NCBI GenBank assembly: GCA_963758295.1
Contig: CAVWUU010000004.1
Location: 704,001 to 768,000, forward strand
Direction of reading: 5' to 3'
DNA: 64,000 nucleotides
Origin: Candidatus Eremiobacteria bacterium
Lineage (GTDB): Bacteria > Vulcanimicrobiota > Vulcanimicrobiia > Vulcanimicrobiales > Vulcanimicrobiaceae
Below, piece after piece: positions 27,800 to 39,835 of this stretch (positions are counted from its first letter, which is position 1; each line of letters opens with the position of its first letter). Below the pieces are notes generated by a model. That model ran no database searches and was not told the DNA's origin. It was given only the letters and a program-made list of their open reading frames with translations. Position numbers and translations under genes: made by a program.

Positions 27800-29534
27800 C
27801 TATTCAGCGAGCCAAAGTTTGACGAGTTTTGCGATGCTGTCCGGATTCTCTTGAGCGACGGTCGTTACGTATTCGATCATCTGCTCGCGCGTCAGATCGG
27901 CTGCGGAACGAATCGGCGCGGCGATTCCCGGAGCCCCATCGAGAATTGGATGTTCTTCGAAGGGCGGAAGCTCTTCCGCGAGCGACGTGTCGAACGACGG
28001 CAGGTCGCTGGTTGGCGCGAACCGCGAACGGCGGGTGCGCATCGCCAGGAAGCCGACGCCGGCGAGTAAGCCGATGCCACCGAGCGCGATCAGTGCCCAA
28101 AGCGGAACGCCCAGGACGGTCGTCGTGTTCGACGACGTTGCGCTTACCGGCAGAACCGCGGGATTGAAGGGCACGGCTTCGACGGAAACTTGGTCGCCCT
28201 GCGCCAGATTCAAGCCGGCAGCGGCAATCACGACGTTCCGGATCTGCTGCACGTTTGCCGGCGTTAACTGATATGCGGCCGCGGCCGGGGCATTGGTGCC
28301 TGCCGGCGTGCCGGGCGGTGCAGTCCACGAGCACGGCGACGCTGGTTTGCAACACTTTGCCCGGCGCGTCGATGTGCTTGATGTTCTGCTCGGAGATATC
28401 GTAGTTCGTCGTCGATTTCGACTTGTTGTAGCGGCCGTTCGCCGTTTGCTGCTGCGCCGCTTGATACGTGCCGATGTTGCTTGTCGTTCCGGGCACACCG
28501 ATTGCCGGCTGGCGCACGGGCTGCGTTCCGTTATACGACTCGCGTTCGGATTGCGACGAAAGCACGGTGCCTTGCGGCGCGTAAACTTTGCTCTCCGTCG
28601 AGTTCGCGTCGAAATCCATTTTCGTGGAAACGCGCGCAACGGCACGCCTCTTCCCGAGCGTGTCATCGAGCATCGACTGGATGCTTTGCTGTAGCGTTGA
28701 TTCGTAACGCTGCTTCGCAAGGAGCTGTTCTTGCGTCATCTTCAGCGCGTCGGGCTGCAAGGGATCGTTGCCGTCGCCCGTTGCGCCGGCGCCGGGAAGA
28801 AGAATCTGGCCGTCTTGATTGACGATCGTGACGTTTTCCGGTTTGAGGCCGTCGACCGCGTTAGCGACGAGCGCGGTGATGCCTTTGACCTGCGAGGGCG
28901 AAAGCGCTTGGCCGACTTTCGTTTTGACCGCGACCGAAGCGGTGGTCGGTTCTTGCGTGGACGAGTAGAGCGCCTGTTCCGGCGTCGCAATTGCAACGCG
29001 GGAACTTTCGACCGGATCGAGTCCGTCGATGGTGCGTTGCAGCTCGCCTTCGATGGCCCGCGTCTTATCGAGTTTCTCTTGGAACTCCGTCATGCCGAAG
29101 TTCGTCTTGTCGAAAAGCTCGAAGCCCGTGCTGCCGCCTTTGAGCAAATTCGAACCGGCGATTGCTACGCGTTCATCGCTGACGTTCGCCGCCGGCACGT
29201 ACACCGTTTTTCCGTCAGTTGAAAGCTTGTACGGAACCTTGTCGTCTTTGAGGCGCTGCGTTACGGACGCCGCATCCTCCGACGAGAGATTTGAAAACAG
29301 CGTTGCGTAGCTGGGTTGACGGCCGAAGTAAAGCCACGCCATCGCCAGAAGACCCAGGAGAACAGCAGAAATTCCCGCCATCGCTAAGATGCGACTTTGA
29401 CGGTTCTGCGATTCCCACATCGCCTGAAGGCGGCCAGCAAGACCGGACCAGATCGATTGAAGACGATCCACGCCTATGTTTATCCAATTCTCTCCACGCC
29501 GGCCATGGCTGCAACGTTGGACTTCCTTGCCCAA
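27800..29534 (-). CDS. fliF: Flagellar M-ring protein FliF (frameshift near 28325; start uncertain, alternative GTG 29471)
   Basis: 'GFELFDK..FGMTEF', 'RAIEGELQRTI', 'TASV'; second TM and C-terminus in ORF 27800-28720. Confidence 0.92.
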
Positions 29535-29579
29535 CGCGGGAGTGGTCCCGTTCTTAGAACGACAGACTACTTATCCCGA

Positions 29580-29606
29580 ATATCGGTCGCGTTTCAGTTG
29601 GCTTTA
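29580..29606 (-). promoter_or_regulatory. Putative sigma-28 promoter upstream of fliF
   Basis: TAAA-N15-ACCGATAT, close to the consensus TAAA-N15-GCCGATAA/T. Confidence 0.65.
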
Positions 29607-29651
29607 ATATGGCTAGCTTGGGTTAAGAAAAAGTTCACGCAAGCTGCTTGC

Positions 29652-30905
29652 TTAGCGAGCCAATTGCGAACGCTCCCGTCCTACGCTCACCAATTCGACC
29701 GGGACGCTTAGTAACTCTTCTAGGCGGGCGACATAACGCTGGGCCGCTTCAGGCAACGCTTCAATGGTGCGCACGTCACCGATCGGCTCGCTCCAGCCTT
29801 CCATTTCTTCCACGACCACTTCCAGATCGGGCGCCCCCGCCGCCGAAAAATCGACGTCCGCGCCGCGCAATTTATATCCCGTGACGATACCGATTCGCTC
29901 GAACCCCGAAAGCACGTCTAACTTCGTGATGGCGAGGCCCGTGAGCCCGTTGACGCGCACCGCATACCGCCCGGCGACGGCGTCGAACCATCCGCAGCGG
30001 CGCGGACGGCCGGTAACGGTGCCGAACTCGCCCCCGCTGCGCCGCAGCGCTTCGCCACGCTCGTCATGCAATTCCGACGGGAACGGACCTGCGCCGACGC
30101 GCGTACAGTACGCTTTCACGACGCCCGTCACGCGGTCCACTTGCGTGGGCCCAATGCCAAGGCCGATGCATGCGCCGCCGGCTATCGTGTGCGAGCTGGT
30201 TACATACGGATACGTTCCGAAACCGACGTCGAGCAGCGATCCTTGCGCGCCCTCGACGAGGATCCTTTTGCCGCCCTCGAGCCGTTCGTGAATCCAGTCC
30301 ACTCCATCAACGATGTGCGGACGAAGGCGTTCCGCCGCATCGAGCGTCGCGCCAATGACGTCGGCTTCGCTCGGAACGGACTCGCCGTCGAGCGCGCGCA
30401 CGCGCGTTAAATTCATACGGACGCGCTCGGCAAGCGCTTCACGCCGTGCAAGATCGCCGAACGTGATGCCGCTGCGGGCAACTTTGTCCACGTAGGCCGG
30501 TCCGATTCCACGTCCCGTCGTACCGATCGCCTGCGAACCGCGGGCGCGTTCGTTCGCGCGATCCTGCGCCGCATGGTAGGGAAAAACGATGTGAGCCCGG
30601 TCAGAAATCTTCACGCGCGATGTGTCGACGCCGATTTGGCTCAAGCGGTCGAGTTCATCGAGCAGTCCCTGCAAGCTGACGACGGTGCCCCCGCCGATGA
30701 ACAGCTCGACGTGCGGATTGAGCACGCCCGACGGAACGATGCGCAACGCTACGTCCGTTTCGCCGACTTTGATCTGATGGCCGGCGTTGTCACCGCCGCC
30801 GAAACGCGCAACGACGTCGTAGTCGGCAGCATACAGATCGACGATGCGTCCTTTGCCTTCATCGCCCCACTGAATGCCTACGATGATATCCGCTTTACTG
30901 CTCAC
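29652..30905 (-). CDS. purA: Adenylosuccinate synthetase
   Basis: 'QWGDEGKG', 'IGTTGRGIGP', 'GTYPYVTSS', 'TGRPRRCGW'; GTG start at 30905. Confidence 0.97.
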   Translation of the reverse strand: MSSKADIIVGIQWGDEGKGRIVDLYAADYDVVARFGGGDNAGHQIKVGETDVALRIVPSGVLNPHVELFIGGGTVVSLQGLLDELDRLSQIGVDTSRVKISDRAHIVFPYHAAQDRANERARGSQAIGTTGRGIGPAYVDKVARSGITFGDLARREALAERVRMNLTRVRALDGESVPSEADVIGATLDAAERLRPHIVDGVDWIHERLEGGKRILVEGAQGSLLDVGFGTYPYVTSSHTIAGGACIGLGIGPTQVDRVTGVVKAYCTRVGAGPFPSELHDERGEALRRSGGEFGTVTGRPRRCGWFDAVAGRYAVRVNGLTGLAITKLDVLSGFERIGIVTGYKLRGADVDFSAAGAPDLEVVVEEMEGWSEPIGDVRTIEALPEAAQRYVARLEELLSVPVELVSVGRERSQLAR

Positions 30906-31014
30906 GACGGGGGTGGTTTGGCGGCGATGTTCTCCCAGCCTCTCGAAGGGCGGGGCGTCGAACCTTGCGGGCGACAAACCGAAACCTCGGGGTCCGTCCG
31001 GCGTACCTGGCAAT

Positions 31015-32259
31015 ATGATGGGCTTCGTTCTCGCCGGCGTTGTTGCTGCAGCGGCTACTGCTTCCTCGCCGGCACCGGCAGACCGTTTAGCCGCCGCCCG
31101 CACAAATATCACGGTTAATTCGACACTCGGGGGACCGGGAGCAGCGCTTCTTACTCGAGCCGCGCGAACCGCGCGCTACGTGATGCTTGGGGAAGAACAC
31201 GGGACCCGTGAAATCGCGCGTTTAGCCGACGCAATGGACGCGATTCTTCAGCCGTTGGGCTACGATACCGTCGCGGTCGAAACGGGACCGCTTGCGACCT
31301 CACACCTCCAGCGCTTCGTCTCAGAACCTAATGGCGCAAACGATCTGGCTGCGTTCGAACGACGTTTTCCGGGAACGACCGCATTCTATACGTGGCAAGA
31401 TGAGTTCACGTTTCTCCAACATGCGGCAGCGCGCTCCGGCTCACACTTCGCGCTTTGGGGCCTCGATCAAGAGTTGATGGGTTCGCCGGGCTTCATTCTC
31501 AATTCCATTCTCCAAACGCATCCCGGCCCAAATTCGACGGCACTCGTTCGTTCGATGCTTGGCGAGAACGAACGCGACTGGAAGAGAGCCGCGCAAACAG
31601 GAGCGCCGCCCGATACGTATTTGATGCAAGCACAAGAGTCGACGTTTGCGGGGTTGCTCGCGAGCCTTAGGCATGACGGAAACCCGAAGGCGATCGCGAT
31701 GGCGCAAGCGCTGCTCGATACGTACCGGATCTACGTGAACTGCTGCAACGAGAACGCTCGCACGTCGAATCGCGATCGTGCAATTCTCATGAAGCAAACT
31801 TACGTGTCGTACGCCCGAAGCCAAGGGGACGCGAACCGGCACATTTTTTTCAAGTTCGGCGAAGAGCACCTATACCGCGGAATCAACCCGCTCGATAATA
31901 ACGATCTCGGCAACTTCATGACGGAGACGGCCGATGCGCTGGGCACGACCGACCTGCACGTGCTTGCGCTGGGAATCTCGGGCCGGCAAACGGCATTCGC
32001 CGGCATCGGCAAACCATGGATGGAGCGCACGTACTCGCTCATGGACGAAGATCATGCCCGCTTTCACTTCCTCAAACCATTCATCGATGCGGCGTATCCC
32101 ACCGGATACACGCTCTACGATTTGCGGCCGTTCCGCTCCCATTTCAAAGCCATGGGCGTCTCGGACATTGGATTTCGCCAACTCGTCTACGGCTACGACT
32201 TCTTAATCCTGGTCCAAAGCACGACGCCCGATCCTGGAATCGCACCGGACATCTTTTGA
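31015..32259 (+). CDS. Secreted EreA/ChaN-like (erythromycin esterase fold) protein
   Basis: Signal peptide; 'VMLGEEHG', 'AVETG', 'RDRAILM', 'KFGEEH'. Confidence 0.6.
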   Translation: MMGFVLAGVVAAAATASSPAPADRLAAARTNITVNSTLGGPGAALLTRAARTARYVMLGEEHGTREIARLADAMDAILQPLGYDTVAVETGPLATSHLQRFVSEPNGANDLAAFERRFPGTTAFYTWQDEFTFLQHAAARSGSHFALWGLDQELMGSPGFILNSILQTHPGPNSTALVRSMLGENERDWKRAAQTGAPPDTYLMQAQESTFAGLLASLRHDGNPKAIAMAQALLDTYRIYVNCCNENARTSNRDRAILMKQTYVSYARSQGDANRHIFFKFGEEHLYRGINPLDNNDLGNFMTETADALGTTDLHVLALGISGRQTAFAGIGKPWMERTYSLMDEDHARFHFLKPFIDAAYPTGYTLYDLRPFRSHFKAMGVSDIGFRQLVYGYDFLILVQSTTPDPGIAPDIF

Positions 32260-32299
32260 ACGTAAGCAGGAAGCCTTACTCGGAAGGTTTTTGCGCCTG

Positions 32300-32379
32300 G
32301 TCACCCTGAGCCCGCCGAAGGGCCGGCGCATATCAGCAATGTTCTATATGCGCCTATAGTTCGACAGGCTGATCGTGAC
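32300..32379. repeat. Solo full-length degenerate copy of the 96-bp hairpin element
   Basis: gtcaccctgagcccgccgaagggccggcgcatat...atatgcgcctatagttcgacaggctgatcgtgac, between convergent genes. Confidence 0.8.
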
Positions 32380-32384
32380 GGGCG

Positions 32385-33704
32385 TCACTCGGAGCGGAAC
32401 TCTAAATCCGAGGTGTCACCCATCGGGATTTCGTTGACGCCCTGGAGTTGCGTCATGACGAATTCGGAGAATAGCGCGTTGGGCCAACCGAAGTCCTGGC
32501 GCGTGAACCGCTTGGGATCGTTTGGATCGAACGATTCGTGCAGCAGATGATCGCCGGGATCGCTCGCCAGAATTTGCTTGAGCACGTCTTGCTTCTCGGT
32601 ATCTGCAGTAGCGGTAAGGCCCTGCATGATCAGCGCGAGCGGCCAGATCCAATGATCGGGCGTGTGCAAGCTGCCGATGCCGCGGGCGACTTGGCCCTGA
32701 TAGAACAACGGGTTGTCTTGCGAGAGCAAGAAGCGGCGGGTGTTCTGATAGTAGCGGTCGTCGGGCGTGGTGTAGCCCATGTACGGCGCTGAGAGTAAGC
32801 TCGGAACGTTCGCATCGTCGGTGAGGATGGCGTGGCCGAGTCCGTCCACTTCGTAAGCGTAGATGTAGCCGTACTTTGGAACGAGCACGAGGCCGTACGT
32901 CTGAATGCCGCGCTGCACTTCGTCGCGCAACGCCTTGGCTTCGTTGGCCTTCACGACGTTGTGATACACGTCGCGTTCGATCTCGGCCATATCCCCGAGC
33001 GCCACGACGGCGAACATTTCCGACGGGATCAAGAAATTGTAGTAACACGCATCATCGGACGGACGGAATCCGGTCCAGATCATGCCCGTATAACCCACGT
33101 CGCGTCCCTTGCCGTTGTTCGTGAGCTCTTTGTGCGAATAGCGCGAGTTGCGCGGATGATCTTGCTCGCGCTGAAGCGTCGCGAGAATCGAGTCCAACGC
33201 CTTTTGGTAGTCGCTGTTGAAGATTGACGTGTCGCCCGTCGTCTTCCAATAGCTCCACGCCAGCGTTACCGGGTAAGCGAGCGAGTCGAGTTCGAACTTC
33301 TGCTCCCACACGCGATAGTCGATGGTAAAGGCGTTGGCATACGGGTCGACGGTCAAGTACTTCGTCATGCGGCCGATGATGGCGCGAAGTAGCGAACGTA
33401 CGTCTGGATCGTCCTTCGCGAAGAACAAATATGGGCGTGCCTGCGCGCTGGCATCGCGAAGCCACTCGGCCGGGATGTCGCCGGTCTTGATGTAAGCCGT
33501 CCCGTCAGGCGCGTACTGCGCGAGCTTCCCTGTGTCCAGCAACGCCGAGCGGAACATCTGTTGAAGGTGTTCGTTCGGATTATTGTAATTGGCGGCTGCC
33601 CGCTCGATCGATTGGAGTTCGAGCGAGGAGCCGGTAAGCGGCGAAACGGCGACGAGCAGCGCGCTGATAAGCGCCAAAACGTTCGTCAGTTTATTCAAGG
33701 CCAC
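32385..33704 (-). CDS. Glycoside hydrolase family 125 (exo-alpha-1,6-mannosidase-like), secreted
   Basis: 'TGDIPAEWLRD', 'EQKFELDSL', 'FRPSDDAC', 'YAYEVDG', 'DDANVPSLL'. Confidence 0.9.
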   Translation of the reverse strand: MALNKLTNVLALISALLVAVSPLTGSSLELQSIERAAANYNNPNEHLQQMFRSALLDTGKLAQYAPDGTAYIKTGDIPAEWLRDASAQARPYLFFAKDDPDVRSLLRAIIGRMTKYLTVDPYANAFTIDYRVWEQKFELDSLAYPVTLAWSYWKTTGDTSIFNSDYQKALDSILATLQREQDHPRNSRYSHKELTNNGKGRDVGYTGMIWTGFRPSDDACYYNFLIPSEMFAVVALGDMAEIERDVYHNVVKANEAKALRDEVQRGIQTYGLVLVPKYGYIYAYEVDGLGHAILTDDANVPSLLSAPYMGYTTPDDRYYQNTRRFLLSQDNPLFYQGQVARGIGSLHTPDHWIWPLALIMQGLTATADTEKQDVLKQILASDPGDHLLHESFDPNDPKRFTRQDFGWPNALFSEFVMTQLQGVNEIPMGDTSDLEFRSE

Positions 33705-34228
33705 GTCCCATGTGCATATAAGGCGTCGAGTTCCCGGTAGCGGCCCTCGTAATCGAGTCCATAGCCCACGACGTAGACTTCCGGAATCTCGAATCCGCGG
33801 TACCTGATATTAATATCGGCAGTTCTTCTGCCGGGTCTATCCAGCAAGGCGCAGACAGCAAACGAAGCGGGTGCTCGAGAAGCGAGCGTCCTAGCGACAT
33901 ACTGGAGCGTTTGTCCGGTGTCGACCGAGTCGTCCACTAGAATAACGTGGCGACCCTCAACAGATGCTGAGGTGTCCTTATTAAAACGAATGCCCTCGGC
34001 ATCGCTAAACTTCGTGACGGAGATGACGTCGTATTCGCACGGAATATCGATCGCGCGCGTGAGGTCGGCTAAAAAAGGAGCGGCGCCGTTTAAGACGCCG
34101 ACTAAAAGCGGAGTTTTTCCAGCGTAGTCTCGCGAGATCTCTAGCGCGAGTTCGCCGACGCGATGCGAGATCGTCGAAGCGTCGTATAAAACGCTCCCGA
34201 TTTGTCCTTGAGTCCGTGACGATGCCAC
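33695..34228 (-). CDS. hpt: Hypoxanthine phosphoribosyltransferase
   Basis: 'VILVDDSVDTGQT', 'VVGYGLDY..RYREL'. Confidence 0.88.
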   Translation of the reverse strand: MASSRTQGQIGSVLYDASTISHRVGELALEISRDYAGKTPLLVGVLNGAAPFLADLTRAIDIPCEYDVISVTKFSDAEGIRFNKDTSASVEGRHVILVDDSVDTGQTLQYVARTLASRAPASFAVCALLDRPGRRTADINIRYRGFEIPEVYVVGYGLDYEGRYRELDALYAHGTWP

Positions 34229-34250
34229 GGGCTAATTTCTACGACATTCC

Positions 34251-35405
34251 CTACACGGATTCCGCCTTCGACGCGCGCGTCGCGGCGAAAATTTGGAATG
34301 TGAATCTCGCTCCGCCGAGCGGCGACTTTTCCGCCCACACCCGGCCGCCGGCGCGTTCCGCAATCGTCTGCACGATTGCAAGCCCGAGCCCCCGGCCCGA
34401 GCGGCTCGCTACCGACGTACCTCTCGCGCGCAACGCAAAAATCGCCGCTGCATCTTCTTCGGCAACGCCGGGACCGTCGTCGTCGACGTTCAGGAAGATA
34501 TGCGGGTCGGAGCGTTCCGCGCTCACGCGCACCAGGCCGCCGCGCTCGCCGTACTTCACCGCGTTCTCAACGAGGTTTAGGACAGCGTGCATGCACGCGT
34601 CCGAATCGATTCTGCCGAAAAGCCGTTGCGGTACGCACTGTTCGAGGCGAATTCCATTGGTTTGCGCGACCGGCGCCAGTGCATCGAGCGCCTCCCGCAC
34701 AATCGTTGACACGTCGCTCGCGCGACGCGAGTCGGCGACCGAGGAAAGATCCAGCAACGAAAAGTCGAGCATTCCGTCGACAAGGCGTCCCAAGCGCAAC
34801 GCTTCGTTCCTCGCCGTTTGCAAGAAGCGCCGGCTTTGCGGACCGTCAACGCCCTCGTCAAGCAACGTTTCGATGTAGCCGCGAATCGATGTGAGAGGCG
34901 TCCTCAGCTCATGCCCGATCGTCGCGAGGAATTCGTATCGTTCGCGTTCTCGCGCGCCGCGCTCCAACGCGCTCTCCACGCTGCGGCTGAATTCTACGAG
35001 TTCGCTGCGCAACCGTAGGGGATGCCACCCGGTCTCCATGCGCCTTCCGGTAACGAGCCGAACGCCCGCGGCAATGCGTTCGAGCGCCGCGCGAGCATCG
35101 AGCGTCATGAAGCTCGCACCATCGCGCGCCGGCGCCAACATCGCGATTGCGAACCAATCGCTTCCGGGATCGTGCGCGAGCAAATCTTCCTGCCGGACCA
35201 CTTCGCGCGCGCTGGCTCGAAACGCGGCGCTCGTGGCACGTTCCAATCGCCGCGCGGCCGCTTTACCATCCCTCCAGGCCGCCTCGGAGAACTCGGGAAG
35301 CCGAAAGACCAGAAGCGGGACCGTTCTTCCGTCATCGAGCAGCGGCGCCACGAGCGATGAAAGCTGCTGCGAGGAGAGCAGCGCGCGCTCGAGCATCCGC
35401 TTCAT
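34251..35405 (-). CDS. Cytoplasmic sensor histidine kinase with a GGDEF-like N-terminal region
   Basis: 'HELRTPLTSI', 'NLVENAVKY', 'DDGPG', 'GLGL'; no TM segments. Confidence 0.9.
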   Translation of the reverse strand: MKRMLERALLSSQQLSSLVAPLLDDGRTVPLLVFRLPEFSEAAWRDGKAAARRLERATSAAFRASAREVVRQEDLLAHDPGSDWFAIAMLAPARDGASFMTLDARAALERIAAGVRLVTGRRMETGWHPLRLRSELVEFSRSVESALERGARERERYEFLATIGHELRTPLTSIRGYIETLLDEGVDGPQSRRFLQTARNEALRLGRLVDGMLDFSLLDLSSVADSRRASDVSTIVREALDALAPVAQTNGIRLEQCVPQRLFGRIDSDACMHAVLNLVENAVKYGERGGLVRVSAERSDPHIFLNVDDDGPGVAEEDAAAIFALRARGTSVASRSGRGLGLAIVQTIAERAGGRVWAEKSPLGGARFTFQIFAATRASKAESV

Positions 35406-36091
35406 GCGCGCGCGAATTTATAGCCGAAGCCGTGAATGGTCTGCACGTAGTCGGGGAGGTTGGCGTACTCTTCCATCTTTGCGCGCAAACGCCGCACATG
35501 CACGTCGACCGTCCGTTCGTCTCCGTCGAAATCGAAGCCCCAAACCCGCTCGAGCAGTCGTTCCCGGGATAACGCAACGCCCGCATTCACGCCAAGCTCG
35601 AGGAGTAACGCGAATTCGCGCGGCTTTAGATGGAGGTCGGTGCCGTCGATGCGTGCTTCTCGGGCCGCCTCGTCGATTTCGAGCCGTCCGAATTGCAACA
35701 CTGCGCCGGCCGGCTCGATATTGCGGCCGCTGCGCCGGAGAATGGCGCGGACGCGCGCCAGTAATTCGCGTGGTGAAAAAGGCTTCGTTACATAGTCGTC
35801 TGCGCCAAGTTCAAAGCCGACAACGCGGTCGACTTCGTCGGCGCGCGCGGTGAGCATCACGATTGGAATTTCTCGTTCTTCGCGACGAAGCGTGCGCGCG
35901 ACGTCGAATCCGTCGATGCCCGGCAAGCCGACGTCGAGAATAAGCAGATCGGCAGCGTGCCGGGCGCACCGTAGCGCGGCATGACCGTCCGGCACAGCGA
36001 CAACGCTGAATCCGTCGCCCTCCAAATGGTGCTTCAGCAAGTCACGGATTGCCGCATCGTCTTCCGCGACTACGATGGTAGGAGACGCCAT
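35402..36091 (-). CDS. OmpR/PhoB-family response regulator
   Basis: 'EDD', 'LDVGLP', 'GADDYVTKPF', 'RTVDVHVRRLR'. Confidence 0.95.
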   Translation of the reverse strand: MASPTIVVAEDDAAIRDLLKHHLEGDGFSVVAVPDGHAALRCARHAADLLILDVGLPGIDGFDVARTLRREEREIPIVMLTARADEVDRVVGFELGADDYVTKPFSPRELLARVRAILRRSGRNIEPAGAVLQFGRLEIDEAAREARIDGTDLHLKPREFALLLELGVNAGVALSRERLLERVWGFDFDGDERTVDVHVRRLRAKMEEYANLPDYVQTIHGFGYKFARA

Positions 36092-36166
36092 ACTACGTGG
36101 AGTGCCCCTCGCATACCGCGCTCGGACATTTGCGTAAGGCCGCCGGCCTCGGGGTACGATTCGCGC

Positions 36167-37069
36167 GTGGACGAAAAGACCGCCGCCAAAGAAACAACTA
36201 CAAGCGAAGAGCGCGAGGAATCCGACAAATCCTCAGAAGGCACAACCGCATCGCAACTTAGCCAACGAGAAGTACGTGAGGCGGTCAGCCGCGTCAGTCC
36301 CCGGGCCGCGGTCGTCTTTGAAACGGTACGCCGCGAAGGCCAACAAGAACTCGAACGTTCTAACGCTGCGCTGGCATTTTCAGGACTCGCCGCCGGGCTC
36401 TCCATGGGGTTCTCTCTTATAGCCACCGGGCTGCTGCGATCGGTCTTACCGCCGAATGCTCCATGGTCTGCCGTTGTCTCGCAGGCCGGCTACACGCTGG
36501 GATTTCTCATCGTCGTCCTTGGACGCCAGCAACTGTTCACGGAGAACACCGTTACCGCCATCATTCCGCTTCTCGATAACAGAGATCGATTGAAGACTTT
36601 CGGAAACGTCGTGCGCTTGTGGGCGATCGTGCTTGTAACAAATTTGATTGGAGCGCTGATTTTTGCGTTGCTCGTCTATCACAGCGGCGCGTTCGATTCG
36701 AATGTAAAGCGCGCGTTCTTCGAGCTCGGCACCACCACGCTTTCGTACGATTTCGGCACGACGCTCATCAAAGGAATCTTTGCCGGCTGGCTAATCGCGC
36801 TGATGGTTTGGCTTCTTCCGGCCGCACAGTATCAGCGGCTGTGGGTGATTATGATCATCACGTTCGTCGTTGGCGCCGCCGGTTTATCGCATATTATCGC
36901 CGGTTCCGTCGAAGCGCTCTACGCCGTGGTCGCCGGCGGTGCGTCTTGGTCGCGATACTTCATTGACTTCTTGATTCCGGTCTTCATCGGCAACTCGATC
37001 GGCGGCGTGTTGCTGGTATCCATCCTCAATTACGGTCAGGTCGCGCCCGAGAACGAGCAGTCATCGTGA
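36167..37069 (+). CDS. Formate/nitrite transporter family protein (YfdC-like)
   Basis: 'EGQQELER...AGLSMGFS', 'QQLFTENT', 'GWLIALMVW', 'GNSIGG'. Confidence 0.9.
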   Translation: MDEKTAAKETTTSEEREESDKSSEGTTASQLSQREVREAVSRVSPRAAVVFETVRREGQQELERSNAALAFSGLAAGLSMGFSLIATGLLRSVLPPNAPWSAVVSQAGYTLGFLIVVLGRQQLFTENTVTAIIPLLDNRDRLKTFGNVVRLWAIVLVTNLIGALIFALLVYHSGAFDSNVKRAFFELGTTTLSYDFGTTLIKGIFAGWLIALMVWLLPAAQYQRLWVIMIITFVVGAAGLSHIIAGSVEALYAVVAGGASWSRYFIDFLIPVFIGNSIGGVLLVSILNYGQVAPENEQSS

Positions 37070-37527
37070 GCGCGCTCGTCGGCTAAAGGGCCGTGCAAAG
37101 CGGCGTGGTCGCGCAGAATGGAGTAGATCGTCGAAGCGGGGAAACCCAGGCGTTCCAAGCCGCGAGCGGCAGAGGGATAGCTCAGCGTAGGTTTTTTGCG
37201 CAATAGCATGTCCAGTGCGCGCATGCAGCGCGACCGTTCGTCGTCTTCGAGGACGGCAACGGCCGCATGAGCAGCGTCTCGATCGATGCCCTTGCGAACC
37301 AATTCGCCGATAAGCCGCGAGTTGCCGATGGCCTTGCGTTTGCTTTCGACGTAGAGCTGCGCGAAGAGTTTATCGTCTAAAAAGTGCTCTTCCCGACAAC
37401 GAACGACGACGCCACGAATGGCGTCGTCGTCGTAGCCTCGCCGCTCCAGCTTCTGCCAGAGCTGTGCTTCGGTCAATCGTTGTCGGGCGAGCAACCCCAA
37501 TGCCGCGGCATAGGCGCTCTTCGCCAC
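37036..37527 (-). CDS. recX: Regulatory protein RecX
   Basis: '[15 protein letters not shown]', 'LDDKLFA', 'ELVRKGI'; downstream of recA. Confidence 0.88.
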   Translation of the reverse strand: MAKSAYAAALGLLARQRLTEAQLWQKLERRGYDDDAIRGVVVRCREEHFLDDKLFAQLYVESKRKAIGNSRLIGELVRKGIDRDAAHAAVAVLEDDERSRCMRALDMLLRKKPTLSYPSAARGLERLGFPASTIYSILRDHAALHGPLADERAHDDCSFSGAT

Positions 37528-37529
37528 GA

Positions 37530-38582
<1,053 letters not shown>

Positions 38583-38681
38583 TGTTTCTCCTCGTTGCTT
38601 TGCGTTTCGCTTTTCCAATACGTTTGCAGTCATCCCGATCACGCTCTCACGGGCAAATGCCAAGTGTATGGCACTTTGGAT

Positions 38682-39608
38682 TTACACGCTGAGAGAATCG
38701 GGAGCATCCTCGAATAGGGCTTGAGTGAACTCGGTTGCGACGAACGGACGAAGCGCGTCCGCGCTTTCGCCGAGTCCGACGAACTTGATGGGAATTTCCA
38801 ACTCATCGACGATTGCGACCAGCACGCCGCCCTTTGCGCTCGAGTCGAGCTTCGTTACGACCACGCCGGTGAGTTGAGCGGTTTCATTGAAGAGCTTCGC
38901 CTGCGAGATCGCGTTCTGTCCCGTCGTCCCGTCGACGACGAGCAGCGTCTCTTCCGGCGGACGGCCGAGTTCGCGCTCGATGATGCGCCGGATCTTCTTT
39001 AACTCTTCCATGAGATTTGTTTTGGTTTGAAGGCGGCCGGCGGTATCGATCAAGATCACGTCGGCATTGCGCGCCACGCCGGCTTTCACGCCGTCGAACA
39101 CGACCGACGCCGGATCGGCGCCCTCGGCGCCACGAATGATTTCGCTTCCGCTGCGCTCGGCCCAGATTTGTAACTGTTCGGCGGCGGCCGCGCGGAACGT
39201 GTCGCCTGCTACGAGCATCACGCGTTTGCCTTCCTTACGAAAGCGTGTCGCGAGTTTGCCGATTGTCGTGGTCTTCCCGCTACCGTTCACGCCGACGACG
39301 AGAATCACCGACGGCCGGTTCGAAAGCGGCATCGCCGAGGGCAGATCCAAGAACCGTTCGACGTCTTTGTGGAACCGCGCGACGGGCTGATCGCTGGTTT
39401 TCCAGGCCTCTTGTTTGGCAACGGTTCGAAGACCGTCGACGATCTTCGTGGTCGTCGGCACGCCGAAGTCCGCAAGGATCAGCAACTCTTCGAGATCGTC
39501 CCAAAATTCGGGCGTAAGCGGCTTCTTCTCGCGGCCCAAGGTTTGGACGGCCGCCAGCGATTCTCGCGCCTTGCCCAGGGAACTCCGGAGTCTTTGGAAC
39601 CAGCTCAC
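38682..39608 (-). CDS. ftsY: SRP receptor FtsY
   Basis: 'GVNGSGKTTT', 'DTFRAAA', 'DTAGR', 'TKLDSSAKGG'. Confidence 0.97.
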   Translation of the reverse strand: MSWFQRLRSSLGKARESLAAVQTLGREKKPLTPEFWDDLEELLILADFGVPTTTKIVDGLRTVAKQEAWKTSDQPVARFHKDVERFLDLPSAMPLSNRPSVILVVGVNGSGKTTTIGKLATRFRKEGKRVMLVAGDTFRAAAAEQLQIWAERSGSEIIRGAEGADPASVVFDGVKAGVARNADVILIDTAGRLQTKTNLMEELKKIRRIIERELGRPPEETLLVVDGTTGQNAISQAKLFNETAQLTGVVVTKLDSSAKGGVLVAIVDELEIPIKFVGLGESADALRPFVATEFTQALFEDAPDSLSV

Positions 39609-39697
39609 GGGAGTCTCTCTTTGGCTTGCTTTTATCGAACTCCTGTTCGATTTCGCAACGGCTGCGCCTCTGCGAAATCCGGCACGTGACGCCGCCC

Positions 39698-39781
39698 GGG
39701 GGGCGGCTCCGTTGCCGGTCGGGCGGAATGTGAGGGGGGCGGGGGGGCGGCTCCGTTGCCGGTCGGGCGGAATGTGAGGGG
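39698..39781. repeat. G-rich ~40-bp direct duplication (period 44)
   Basis: ggggggcggctccgttgccggtcgggcggaatgtgagggg twice. Confidence 0.9.
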
Positions 39782-39835
39782 CGGCGGAGGGTGACGAGGG
39801 TGTCGAAGGAGAGGCGCATACGGGGTAGTGCGGAT

